Shown here: one piece after another, positions 1-13,004 of the stretch
How the letters are laid out: the number at the start of each line of letters is the position of its first letter
How positions within the stretch are numbered: position 1 is the stretch's first letter
From: Malacoraja senta
Lineage: Eukaryota
NCBI GenBank assembly: GCA_038087875.1
Contig: CM075996.1
Coordinates: forward strand, 8,806,001 to 8,870,000
Length of the DNA stretch: 64,000 nt
Reading direction: 5' to 3'
Notes under the pieces: generated by a model
Databases searched by the model: none
Told to the model about the DNA's origin: nothing
Seen by the model: only the letters and a program-made list of their open reading frames with translations
Program-made: the position numbers and the translations under genes

Positions 1-255
1 GAGGAGTTACGTTGGTGATTACGTGCCCGCCACGCCCAACCCTCTCTCATAGAAAAAAGGTCATAATGGTAGTTCTCATGTTGATCATCTTAATATGTTA
101 CTTCAATTATGGTGTTGTCTGTGATTTCATACCGCTGCTTTGAAGATTGACGCGCATGCGCCCTGATGGGGTTCTTCACGTAATCACCAACGTAACTCCT
201 CATAAAATAAAGATCAAACTTCAAACTTGGTAAGTTCTCGTTTAATCTTACTATT
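1..255. mobile_element. Terminal inverted-repeat region, probably of a DIRS-like (tyrosine recombinase) retroelement
   Basis: Bases 1-25 gaggagttacgttggtgattacgtg are the exact reverse complement of 177-201. The distal segment 218-255 recurs at 615-651. The DIRS assignment is inferred from this architecture. Confidence 0.5.
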
Positions 256-610
256 TTGGCTCGTAGATTAAGCTTAGTTATCAGTAAACTAATACATCCA
301 GATCAAACTGGGTTTATACCTAAACGACACACGTTTTATAACTTGAGCCATTTGTTTAACATAATATATTCGCAGAGAATGCCAAATGAAGATCTAACAA
401 ATATTTCTCTAGATGCAGAAAAAGCTTTCGACCAAGTAGAATGGTCTTATCTTTTCACAGTGTTGGAAAAATTTCAATTGGGAGAAAACTTTACTTTATG
501 TGTGAAGCTTTTATACACTAACCCGACAGCTAGAATACCGACAGATCAAATGCTTTCACCTAAATGTTATCTAGGGGTAACAGACAAGGATGTGCTCTTT
601 CTTCAATGTT
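256..610 (+). mobile_element. L1/Tx1-type LINE ORF2 (RT) fragment
   Basis: ARRLS..LIHPDQTGFIP..SLDAEKAFDQVEW motifs; related to the L1 copy at 19080. Confidence 0.88.
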
Positions 611-1261
611 ATTTACTTCAAACTGGTAAGTTCTCGTTTAATCTTACTATTATTGTACCTGCTCTACAACTTCCTTGGAAGCTTGCCACATATACACACA
701 AACAGCAGAGTGAAAAAATATTCCGCTCGGGTTACTACTAAATCTTTCCCCTCTCACCTTAAATCTATATCCTCTGGTTCTTGATTCCCATACTCTGTGT
801 AAACAACTGTGCATGTAGCTTTGTACAGCCTTCTTGGTTATTTTCTGTGCAGTTCCATGATACTTAAAAAGATGCAAAGGAATCCTAGGTAGACAAAAAT
901 GCGAGTTTCTCCAGCATTTTTGTCTACCTTCGAATTTCCAGCATCTGCAGTTCCTTCTTAAACAAAGCAATCCTGGAATACCTGCAAATCCCCTTTTCAC
1001 CATTTAAAATGCATTTTTCTTTCCAAAGATTTAGATTCAAGGTTTGCTGTATTTTTCAATTATCATGTGCTTGTAATTTAATGCTTCCTTCTGTAGTGCT
1101 TAGAATACTGTCCATCGTCATCATTGGCAAATTTAGGCACAACTTTCTGAATCATCCAAGTCAATTATTAATCCAGCAAGGAGCCGTAGCTGCAACACAA
1201 ATCTTCACAGATCACAGTAATCACATCCTGCCAATTTCAAAACCTACCATTACCATTATAG

Positions 1262-1547
1262 TAAATTGGAGGAGCAGCACCTCATATTTCGCTTGAGTAG
1301 TTTACATCCCAGTGGTATAAACATTGACTTCTCCAATTTCAGGTAGTCCCTGCTTTCTCCCTCCTTCCCCTCCCCTTCCCAGCTCTCCCTCAGCCCACTG
1401 TCTCCGCCTCTTCCTTTCTTCTTCCCGCCCCCCCCTCCCCATCCTCACATCAGTCTGAAGAAGGGTCTCGACCCGAAACGTCGCCTATTTCCTTTGCTCC
1501 ATAGAAGCTACCTCACCCGCTGAGTTTCTCCAGCATTTTTGTCTACC
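1262..1547 (+). mobile_element. Penelope-like element 3' remnant with pseudo-LTR and hammerhead core
   Basis: Degenerate KLEEQHLIFRL..LHP.G.NIDF (endonuclease-domain tail), pyrimidine tract, then ctgaagaagggtctcgacccgaaacgtc at 1455-1482. Confidence 0.75.
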
Positions 1548-1994
1548 ATTATCCTCACTTGCTGAACGCAGCGACACAACCAATTTCTTGGATCAATGAT
1601 ATATATATTTTTTCAAATCCAAGAGCTTCTACTACAGTGAAAAATGTCATCATCACAGATAATCAAACATCTCCTGTGGGCCCACAAATAACATCTATAT
1701 ATATTTCTCCTTTTATTACTTTACAGTACCTCTTTAGAAAAATCATACGTTTGCAAAGGGCAAACGCTGGATAAAGAAACAAAGTGTTCTGGATACAAGC
1801 AAAGGTCTGGGCACCAACAACAAATAGTGGCAGAACTATAATACCACGGGAAGCCATTCCACCGATCAAGTATAAACAGGTCCCTTTTCTCTATGCCCAA
1901 TGCTCAAAGATGTCCAATCAGAATGAATCCGTTTACATATGCCTGCAGCACCAGCCCCAGACCCTCCCCCCCCACCCCCACAGCCTGTGTTGAA

Positions 1995-4900
1995 GGGCGT
2001 CGTCACGTGTGTGGCAATAGAGAAAGAGGATTGGGGGTGATAGGGACTGTCCCTACCCCTCCTACTTCAACTCTCCCTCCCCACTCTCCCCCCTCTCTGC
2101 TCTACCCCTCCCTCCCCTCCCACACCCTCTCTTCCCCCTCCACCACCCCTCTTCACCCCCATCTCCCCCCTACCCCCTTCCCCTCTCTCTTGCACCACTC
2201 CCCGTTACCCCTCTGCCCCTCACTCCCCACTGTACCCCTCTCCCTCCCCCTCCCTCTCTCCCTCTCTTCCCCCTACTCCTCTCCCCTTCCCCTCATCCCC
2301 TCCCCCCCTCCCTGCCCTCCTCCCACTCCCCACTCTCCTCCCCCTCCCTCTCACCCACCCTGATCTCCTCTCCCTCCCCAATCTCTCCCCTTTCCTCTTC
2401 CCCCTCTCCCCTCCCTCCCCCTCTCCTCTTCTCTCCCAACCCCATCTCCCTCTCCCCTCTTCTCTCCCCACCACGTCTTCCTCTCCATCCTCCCCCGCCT
2501 GTGTTTGGGGGGTGGTTAGTGTGAGTGTGATGCCGCAGCCCACCCCCCCCTCCCGCAAACGCGCGTTGGGAAAACAGCCCGCCAACAGTCTCTCTGTCTT
2601 TAAAATATTAATATAATATCAAGGGGTGTGATGAGTGTGTGTGTTTGTGGGTGCCAGATTCACACCCCGCAACCCTGCTTTGGAGGTACAGACCCAACGG
2701 GTGGTTAGTGTGACGTCACAGCCCCCCGCCCCAAACGCACGTTCGGTGTCCAGACCCAACGGGTCTGCACTTGGTCTGCACTCCCCACTCTTCCCCTCTC
2801 CCTCCCCACCTCTCTCCCTCCACCCTCCCTCTCTCCCTCTCTTCCCCCTACTCCTCTCCCCTTCCCCTCATCCCCTCATCCCCTCCCCCCTTCCTGCCCT
2901 CCCCGCCCTCCTCCCACTCCAAACTCTCCTCACCCTCCCTCTCACCCACCCTGATCTCCTCTCCTTCCCTAATCTCTCCCCTTTCCTCCTCCCCCTCTCC
3001 ACTCCGTCCCCCTCTTCCCTCCCCTCCCTCCCCTCTTCTCTCCCCACCCCGTCTCCTTCTCTCCCCCTCCCCTCCTCTCCCCAACCCCGTCTCCCTCTCC
3101 CCCACTCCCCCCGCCTGTGTGTTTGGGGGGTGGTTAGTGTGAGTGTGATGCTGCAGCCGCAGCCCCCCCCCCCCTAAACGCAAGGTAAACAAAAAAATGA
3201 AGTATAAACTCAGCGGGTGCAGCAGCATCTTTGGATCGAAGGAAATAGGCAATGTTTCATAACAAAACACGTCTGAAGATGGGTTTCAGCCACAAACATT
3301 GCCTATTTCCTTCGCTCCATAGACGCGGCTGCACCCGCTGAATTTCACCACCTTTTTTGAGTGTACCAGTCTCTCTGTCTCTCCCCTCTCTCTCTCTCTC
3401 TGCCCTTCTCTCTTCACAGCACGCAGCTTAACTCATGAACACCAGCTCAAAACACCCCCCTTCACCTATCTCCAATATCCTCTCCTTACTCTCTCCACAC
3501 CCACCTCTCTATCCCCCTTCCTCGCACCCCTTCCTCTCTCCCCCCTTCCTCTCCACCCTCCTCCTCCCCCTCTTCAAATTTTTTTAATTCTAACATTAAA
3601 TTTTCACTCTCTGCCCCCCCCCCCCTCTAGACGCACCTGAGAGGCGAGGGCTATTCGTCAGTGGATAGGGTGGAGATGGGATAAAAGAAGCAAATTAAAA
3701 AATTAAGATAATATCAAGGGTTGTTATGAGTGTGTGTGTTCGTGGGTGCCAGATTCCCACCCCGCAACCGTGCTTTTGAGCAAAGGGGGTGGTTACTGTG
3801 ACGCCACAGCACCCCCCCCCACCCGCAAACGCACGTCCGGTGTCCAGACCCAACAGGTCTGCACTTGGTCTAGTATACTTTTAAAACTCTCTGGCTGTCG
3901 TCCGTCTGTACGTCTGTACGCCGCCTTTGATACCGCCCCTGGCCCACACAGCGCGTGGAAAGGCCCATATTTTTTCTCAGATTTTCTCCAAAAACGACGC
4001 CATCTTTTTTCCCCCGATTTTCTCCGAAAACGACGCCATCTTTTTTTCGCCGATACCAGACCCAACGGGTCTGCACTTGGTCTAGTATACTATTAAAACC
4101 CTGTGGCTGCCTGACTTGTGTCTGCCATCAAATCCCCTTTGATACCGCCCCTGGCCCACACAGCACGCGGAAACGCCGATTATTTTTCGCCATTTATCTC
4201 TACGAATAGACACTCCTGATTAAATTAGGTCCTGATTATGTACACGTTTTTAAAATAAAATCCATCCCCCCCCCCCCCACCCCCGCTCATCACGACGCCA
4301 TCTTTTTTTCGCCGATTTTCTCCGAAAAATGACGCCATCTTTTTTTCGCCGATTTTCTCCGAAAACGACTCCATCTTTTTTTCGCCGATTTTCACCCCGG
4401 GGTCTGAAGCACCTTCGGGATCTCACACCCCGGGGTCTTAAGCCCGTTCGGTGTCCAGACCCAACGGGTCTGCATTTGGTCTAGTATAATATTAAAACTC
4501 TGTGTGTGTATGTGTGTGTCTGCTTGACTTGTGCCAGCCAGTCCCTTTGATACCGCGCTACACCAACACCGCACGCAGAAACGCCGAGATTTTTTCCATT
4601 TCGGTAGATTTCATTTTTCTTTACGATTAGCCACTCCTGATTACATTTCGTCGTATTTATGTACACATTTTAAAATAAAATCCATCACCCCCCCACCCCC
4701 CACTCACTCATTTTGTCTCCTCCTGCTGGTCAGCCACCATAACGGCTGCTGTCGACCGCCTCTGCTCCGAAAACGACGCAATCTTTTTTTCGCTAGCGAT
4801 TATCACGTTCGGACTCTAAAACCCCGGGTTCTGAAGCACGTTCAGTGACCAGGGGTCTGAAGCACGTTCTGATTTTTCACCCCGGGGTCTGAAACATGTT

Positions 4901-5018
4901 CTGGTTTTTTTTTCGCTAATGATTTTCACCCCGGGGTCTGAAGCACGTTCGGGATCTCACACCCCGGGGTCTTAAGCACGTTCGGTGTACAGACCCAACG
5001 GGTCTGCACTTGGTCTAG
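1995..5018 (+). mobile_element. Non-autonomous Helitron-like array with C/T-rich low-complexity tracts and multiple 3' ends
   Basis: Motif cagaccc-aac-gggtctg (hairpin) + cacttggt + CTAG|T ends at 3873, 4085, 4484 and 5018, with a variant at 2751-2777. Internal short tandem repeats. 5' boundary uncertain. Contains a Penelope remnant at ~3185-3360. Confidence 0.7.
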
Positions 5019-6086
5019 TATCCTCTTAATCTTTTGCACAACACTTTGAACCTGTCATTCCGGTCTTTAAATCATCCTCTTACAAGAACTGTGTAGGAAG
5101 GAACTGCAGGTGCCGGGTTACACCGAAGATAGACACAAAATGTTGAAGTAACTCAGTAGGTCAGTAACTCAGTAACTCAGTAGGTCAGGCAGCATCTCTG
5201 GAGAAAAGGGATAGGAGTTTTGGGTTGAGACCCTTCTTCTGACTGAACAGTTGTCTTCTATGCAATACAAGCCAGTCAAGATCACATCCATGTCTTAATC
5301 ATCAATCAACCTACGATGCTCCTGCAAAAGTCCCAGTTTTCCAGTCTAATCCCTGGAACTCTTCCAGCAATGCTTCTTCACATCCACTCCAGGACCTTTA
5401 CCTACATCCTAAAGTGAAACTCCCAGAACTACACACAATACTCCAGCTGTAGCCTAACCAGTGCTTTACATAGATCCAAAAATAACTCCCTGGTTTTGTA
5501 GAAACGAGGAACTGCAGATGCTAGTTTACAAAAATTCACATAGTGCTGGAGTAACTCAGCAGGGTAAGGCAAACATCCCTGGAGAACAGAGTCAGGGCCC
5601 TTCTTCAGACTGAATGTAATTTGGTGGTGGAGGGGGGGGGGGAAATCCGTCTGAAGAAGGGTCATGACCCGAAACATCACCTATCCATGTTCTCCAGGGA
5701 TGTTGCCTTACACACTGAGTTACTCCAGCACTTTATGTCATTTTCCCCTGGTTTTCACGTTCATAAGTTGTAGGGGCAGAATAAGCCGTTCGGCCCATCA
5801 AGTCTACTCCGCCATTCAGTCATGGCTGATCTTTCCCATCCTCCAAACCCCGTTCTCCAGCCTTCTCCCCATAACACCCACACCAATCAAGAATCTATCA
5901 ATCTCCACCTTAACAATATCCATTGACTTGGCCTAGGCCTTCTGTGACAATGAATTCCACAGATTCACCCCCCTCTGACTAAAGAAATTCCTCCTCATCT
6001 CGTTTCTAAAGATATGTCCTTTTATTCTGGGGCTATGATCTACTGGTGGAAACATCCTCGCCACATCCATTTTGTAGGATGGGTTT

Positions 6087-6271
6087 CTCATTATGATTCC
6101 CAAGGATCCCATTTGACTTAATAGGTTTTGCAGGTTAATTGGCTTGGTAAATGTAAAAATTGTCCCTAGTAAGTGTAGGATAGTGTTAGTGTGCAGGGAA
6201 CGCTGGTCGGCGCGAACCATGTGGGCCGAAGGGCTGGTTTCCGCGCTGTATCTCTAAAACTAAAACTAAAA
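6087..6271 (+). mobile_element. V-SINE/HE1-type SINE, 3' part
   Basis: ggttaattggcttggt..aaattgtccctag..gggccgaaggg..tttccgcgctgtatctctaaaactaaaactaaaa tail; same family as 28764-29059. Confidence 0.75.
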
Positions 6272-7769
6272 CCAGTCACTCAGCAGACCTTGCCCCCTCA
6301 AGGATTTATGCTTCTTCTGCATCAAGATACCTGTTTCCTGCACGCTTTGGAATATTGCCTTTTTGTCGACACTGCCTCTCCATTTCCCATCAGCCAAAAG
6401 TTCACCACTTCACGCTTCACTTTGTTAAAACTTCCTCTGCTATTAGCCTGTCCATTCCCGCCAGCCACAGGCTCGTACAGTCTGCAACCATCCTCTTCAC
6501 TTCATACAATTCCAAGCCTTACTTCATCTGCACGTTTGGAAATTTTATCCTTACTAGCAAAAGTAAGTCATTAAAGAATGGACCCAGAGGACACAGGACA
6601 TCCCAGGAGAACAGGGTTTGGACCCTTCTTCAGACTGAATATAACTGGGTGGGGGAGGAATCTGAAGAAGGGTCTCGACCCGAAACGTCACCCATTCCTT
6701 CTCTCCGGAGATGCCGCCTGTCCCGCTGAGTTACTCCAGCTTTATGTGCTTGTCCCCAAGAGGACATCACCATCCGCCCCCCCCCCCCCCATTTCAAAAA
6801 CACCATCTACCACCATTCTCCGCTTTCTGTCTTGAAGCCATTTTCCCATCCATGTTTCTACTGAAGCTCAAATTCAATGGGGCTCTGTTCTCCTAATCAG
6901 GCCTTTGGTGGAGAAGCTCAAACGCCTTCTGAAAATCCATACAGCTCTGCCCCAGGCTTCGACTGCCCGGCGTGCACAGCCTGCACATACCAATGAGTGT
7001 TTGGGATACCAGCGGGGTGGATTTGTTGGCTGTTGTAGGAATGTGTTTCGAGGGCAAAATCATTGCATCATGCAGAAAAGTCTGAAAGGTTGAGTTAAAC
7101 GTCATTGTTTAACTACACTTGGTTAACGTGTTTTTATTCAAATATATTGATTGGCAGTCACATTATCAATATGTAAACTATTCAGGGTACTAACAGCTTT
7201 CAGGGATGGAACTGGGAGGAATCCGTATAAATAATATTCATTTTTTTTAAAGTGCTGCAGTAACTTGCTGCTGCAAGTAGGAATTCTCTTGTTTTGTTTC
7301 GGGACATATGACAATAAAACACTCCTGACTTGCTAACTCAGTAGGTCAGGCAGCATCTCTGTTGGACATGGACAGTTGGTTGCTCGTGTCTTCTTAAGAT
7401 AACATTCTTGTTCCTTTCGTCAAATTTTTGTTTTACCTCATTAAAAAATAGACAATTGGACTAGTCAGATATGGCATGCCTTAAAAAAGTCCGTGCTGGT
7501 TCTCTTATCTCAAACTTTGTGCTCATTCATTTCACCATTTCTTAAAGCCTTATCACAACACAGGTTAAAATCACTAGCTCATAGTTTTCCGGCATGTCTG
7601 TGCACTCCTTTCGGAGCAAGGAATTACTTTTTCCAGACTTCTGATAGCATCTATTTATCAAGGGAGGTCTGGAAATTTACGGCCACCTTCTTTCTGACAT
7701 CCAGTGCCACCTCCTTCGGCAACCTAAGACACGTTCCATCAGAAGCAGATGACTCGTTCACTTCAAGCA

Positions 7770-8690
7770 CAGCCATAGATACTTGTCCATTTGTCCACAG
7801 TGAGAACTCCATCATCAAGTTCACTGATGACACCACTGTTGTGGGACGTATCACTGATGGGGATGTCAGAGTATAGAAGAGAGATCGAGCAACTGTCCAT
7901 GTGGTGCCAGCACAATAACCTGGCCCTCAACACCAGCAAAACCAAGGAACTGATTGTGGACTTTGGAAGGAGTAGGATGGGGAACCACAGTCCCATTTAT
8001 ATCAACGGGTTGATGGTTGAAAGGGTCAAGAGTTTTAAATTCTCTGAAGATCTTTCCTGGTCCGAGAACACTGATGCAATTATCAAGAAAGCACATCAGC
8101 GCCTCTACTTTCTGAGAAGATTACGGAGAGTCAGTTTGTCAAGGAGGACTCTCTCTAACTTCTACAGGTGCACAGTAGAGAGCATGCTGACCGGTTGCAT
8201 CGTGGCTTGGTTCGGCAACTTGAGCGCCCTGGAGATGAAAAGACTACAAAAAGTAGTAAACACTGCCATCATCGGCTCTGACCTTCCTTCCATCGAGGGG
8301 ACTTATCGCAGTCGCTGCCTCAAAAAGGCTGGCAGCATCATCAAGGACCCACACCATCCTGGCCACACACTCATCTCCTTGCTACCTTCAGGTAGAAGGT
8401 ACAGGAGCCTGAAGACTGCAACGACCAGGTTCAGGAATAGTTACTTCCCCACAGCCATCAGGCTATTAAACCTGGCTCGGACAAAACTCTGATCATTAAT
8501 AACCCATTATCTGTTATTTGCACTTCATCAGTTTATTTATTCATGTGTGTATATATTTATATAATGGTATATGGACACACTGAACTGTTCTGTAGTTAAT
8601 GCCTACTATGTTCTGTGTGCTGAAGCAAAGCAAGAATTTCATTGTCCTATCAGGGACACATGACAATAAACTCACTTGAACTTGAACTTG
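7770..8690 (+). mobile_element. Rex1/Babar LINE 3' portion (RT C-terminus, 3'UTR, (acttga)n tail)
   Basis: IIKFTDDTTVVG, WCQHNNLALNTSKTKELIVDF, KKAHQRLYFLRRL and FYRCTVES motifs; frameshift near 7870; aataaa and microsatellite tail. Confidence 0.88.
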
Positions 8691-8798
8691 TATAAAAATA
8701 ATGGCCCAGAAGCCGACTGAACAATACCTTCAACTTGTTTTGGACGGTACCATAGTGATCGTCGCAATTTTCCTCAACAAAGTGGACACAAAAAATCT

Positions 8799-8892
8799 AG
8801 GTAGACAAAATTGCTGGAGAAACTCAGCGGGTGCGGCAGCATCACTTGATGCTGCCGCACCTGCTGAGTTTCTCCAGCAATTTTGTCTACCT
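8799..8892. repeat. Penelope pLTR inverted pair: 45-bp-arm hairpin
   Basis: Arms 8799-8843 and 8848-8892, 4-nt loop, one non-Watson-Crick pair. Confidence 0.9.
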
Positions 8893-11800
8893 TCGATTCT
8901 CCAGCATCTGCAGTTGCTTCTTGAACACAAAAAAGCTAGAGTAACTCAGCAGGTCAGAAAACATCTCTGGAGAAAAGGAATAGGTGACGTTTCGGGTCGA
9001 GACCCTTCTTCAGACTGAGAGTCGGGAGAAAGAGAAACAAGAGATATAGACGGTGACCAAGAGAGATATAGATCAAAAGCAAAGGTTCGAAGGTCAGTTT
9101 ATTGTCACGTGTACAGTGAAACTCGAATTACATCAAATTAATGAAAGATATTCAAAAAAAGTAATGGTGATAAAGGAAACAGGCCATTGTTAGCTGTGGG
9201 TTTGGTGACATCTCTGTGCTCTGTACTCCAACATTGCTCTGATCTATATTAGGATCATTGAAACCTCACAAAACCGTCACTCGACATACCACCAAAATGT
9301 AGCTTTCCGCAATACCTGTCCTCTATCATCCGCTCACGATGTAGCAGACGTACCTTGCATCGTTAGGTCAGACGTGGGGATGTTTCTTTTTCATTCTACC
9401 GTATTCAGTTCCATTTGCAGCATTGCGGGTTGTGTGGCTGCTCGTTCCTCCAGAGAGCAACATGAACATTGATACATAGATACATAGAAAATATGATCAT
9501 GGCTGATCATCCAACTCAGTATCCCGTACCTGCCTTCTCTCCATACCCCCTGATCCCTTTAGCCACAAGGGCCACATCTAACTCCCTCTTAAATATAGCC
9601 AATGAACTGGCCTCAACTACCCTCTGTGGCAGAGAGTTCCAGAGATTCACCACTCTCTGTGAAAAAGTTTTTTCTCATCTCGGTCTTAAAGGATTTCCCC
9701 CTTATCCTTAAGCTGTGACCCCTTGTTCTGGACTTCCCCAACATCGGGAACAATCTTCCTGCATCTAGCCTGTCCAACCCCATAAGAATTTTGTACGTTT
9801 CTATAAGATCCCCTCTCAATCTCCTAAATTCTAGCGAGTATAAGCCAAGTCTATCCAGTCTTTCTTCATATGAAAGTCCTGACATCCCAGGAAACAGTCT
9901 GGTGAACCTTCTCTGCACTCCCTCTATGGCTATAATGTCCTTCCTCAGATTTGGAGACCAAAACTGTACGCAATACTCCAGGTGTGGTCTCACCAAGACC
10001 CTGTACAACTGCAGTAGAACCTCCCTGCTCCTATACTCAAATCCTTTTGCTATGAAAGCTAACATACCATTCGCTTTCTTCACTGCCTGCTGCACCTACA
10101 TGCCTACTTTCAATGACTGGTGTACCATGACACCCAGGTCTCGCTGCATCTCCCCTTTTCCTAATCGGCCAACATTTAGATAATAGTCTGCTTTCCTGTT
10201 TTTGCCACCAAAGTGGATAACCTCACATTTATCCACATTATACTGCATCTGCCAAACATTTGCCCACTCACCCAGCCTATCCAAGTCACCTTGCAGTCTC
10301 CTAGCATCCTCCTCACAGCTAACACTGCCCCCCAGCTTAGTGTCATCTGCAAACTTGGAGATGTTGCCTTCAATTCCCTCATCCAGCTCATTAATATAAA
10401 TTGGAAATAGCTGGGGTCCCAGCACTGAGCCTTGCGGTACCCCACTAGTCACTGCCTGCCATTGTGAAAAGGACCCGTTTACTCCTACTCTTTGCTTCCT
10501 GTTTGCCAGCCAGTTCTCTATCCACATCAATACTGAACCCCCAATACCGTGTGCTTTAAGTTCGTATACTAATCTCTTATGTGGGACCTTGTCGAAAGCC
10601 TTCTGAAAGTCCAGATACAACACTTCCACTGGTTCTCCCCTATCCACTCTACTAGTTACATCCTCGGAAAATTCTATAAGATTCGTCAGACATGATTTAC
10701 CTTTCGTAAATCCATGCTGACTTTGTCCAATGATTTCACCACTTTCCAAATGTGCTGCTATCCCATCTTTAATAACTGACTCTAGCAGTTTCCCCACTAC
10801 CGATGTTAGACTAACTGGTCTGTAATTCCCCGTTTTCTCTCTCCCTCCCTTCTTAAAAAGTGGGGTTACATTTGCTACCCTCCAATCCTCAGGAACTACT
10901 CCAGAATCTAAAGAGTTTTGAAAAATTATCACTAATGCATCCACTATTTCTGGAGCTACTTCCTTAAGTACTCTGGGATGCAGCCTATCTGGCCCTGGTA
11001 ATTTATCGGCCTTTAATCCATTCAATTTACCCAACACCACTTCCCGACTAACCTGGATTTCACTCAGTTCCTCCATCTCCTTTGACCCGCGGTCCCCTGC
11101 TATTTCCTGCAGATTATTTATGTCTTCCTTAGTGAAGACGGAACCAAAGTAGTTATTCAATTGGTCCGCCATATCCATGTTCCCCATGATCAATTCACCT
11201 GTTTCTGACTGCAAGGGACCTACATTTGTTTTAACTAATCTCTTTCTCTTCACATATCTATAAAAACTTTTGCAGTCAGTTTTTATGTTCCCTGCCAGTT
11301 TTCTTTCATAATCTATTTTCCCTTTCCTAATTAAGCCCTTTGTCATCCTCTGCTGGTCTCTGAATTTCTCCCAGTCCTCTGGTGTGCTGCTTTTTCTGGC
11401 TAATTTGTACGCATCATCTTTTGCTTTGATACTATCCCTGATTTCCCTTGTTACGGATGCACTACCTTCCCTGATTTATTCTTTTGCCAAACTGGGATGA
11501 ACAATTTTTGTAGTTCTTCCATGCAGTCTTTAAATGCCTTCCATTGCATATCCACCGTCAACCCTTTTAGAACTAATTGCCAGTCAATCTTGGCCAATTC
11601 ACGTCTCATACCCTCAAAGTTACCTTTCTTTAAGTTCAGAACCGTTGTTTCTGAATTAACAATGTCACTCCCCATCCTAATGAAGAACTCAACCATATTA
11701 TGGTCACTCTTGCCCAAGGGGCACACACAACAAGACCGCTAACTAACCCTTCCTCATTACTCAATACCCAGTCTAGAATAGCCTGCTCTCTCGTTGGTTC

Positions 11801-13004
11801 CTCTACATGTTGGTTTAGATAACTATCCCGCATACATTCCAAGAAATTCTCTTCCTCAGCACCCCTGCCAATTTGATTCACCCAATCTATATGTAGATTG
11901 AAGTCACCCATTATAACTGTTTTGCCTTTGTTGCACGCATTTCTAATTTCCTGTTTGATGCCATCCCCAACTTCACTACTACTGCTAGGTGGCCTGTACA
12001 CAACACGCACCAGCGTTTTCTGCCCCTTAGTGTTTCGCAGCTCTACCCATACCGATTCCACATCCTCCAAGCTAATGTCCTTCCTTTCCACTGCGTTAAT
12101 CTCCTCTCTAACCAGCAACGCTACCCCACCTCCTTTTCCTTTCTCTCTATCCCTCCTGAATATTGAATATCCCTGGATGTTCAGCTCCCAGCCTTGGTGA
12201 CCCTGGAGACATGTCTCCGTGATCCCGACTATATCATAATCATTAATAGCTATCTGCACGTTCAACTCATTCACCTTATTACAAATGCTCCTTGCATTGA
12301 GACACAAAGCCTTCAGGCTTGTTTTTACAATGCTCTTACCCCTTATACAATTATGTTGAAAAGTGGCCCTTTTTGATTTTTGCCCTGGATTTGTCTGCCT
12401 GACACTTTTACTTTTCACCTTGCTACCTATTGCTTCCGCCCGCATTTTACACCCCTCTGTTTCTCTGCTCACCCATTTAAGAACCCCACCACCTCTTATT
12501 CTCTGTTTATTATTGTTTGCTTCTTCCCCCCCTACATGTTGGGTCTGAGTGCTTTCCTTCTCTGCCTCCTGCCTCACACACTGTCTAATAGCTTTCTCTA
12601 TTTGAGTCCCTCCCCCCAACCATTCTAGTTTAAAGTCTCCCCAGTAGCCTTTGCAGATCTCCCCGCTAGGATATCGGTCCCCCTCAGGTTCAAGTGCAAC
12701 CCATCCTTTTTGTACAGGTCGCACCTTCCACAAAAGAGGTCCCAATGATCCAGAAATTTGAATCCCTGCCCCCTGCACCAGTCCTTCAGCCACGCATTTA
12801 TCCTCCACCTCGCTCCATTCCTACTCTCACTGTCGCGTGGCACAGGCAGTAATCCCGAGATTGTTACCTTTGCTGTCCTACTCTTTAACTCCCCTCCTAA
12901 CTCCCTAAATTCTCCTTTCAGGACCTCTTCTCTTTTTTTACCTATGTCATTGGTACCTATATGTACCACGACCTCAGGCTCCTCTCCCTCCCCTTTCAGG
13001 ATAT

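Noticed and set aside
1705..1840. Strong plus-strand acceptor ttttattactttacag
   Set aside because: All frames close quickly, with no recognisable protein or partner exons.
1893..3270. Pro/Ser/Leu-rich and Gly/Arg/Glu-rich ORFs
   Set aside because: Translations of C/T low-complexity tracts within the Helitron-like array; no coding signature.
6893..7105. Possible exon (open frames and splice-like sites on both strands)
   Set aside because: The minus strand contains MDFQKAF, indicating a decayed CR1 RT; no TAB1 similarity.
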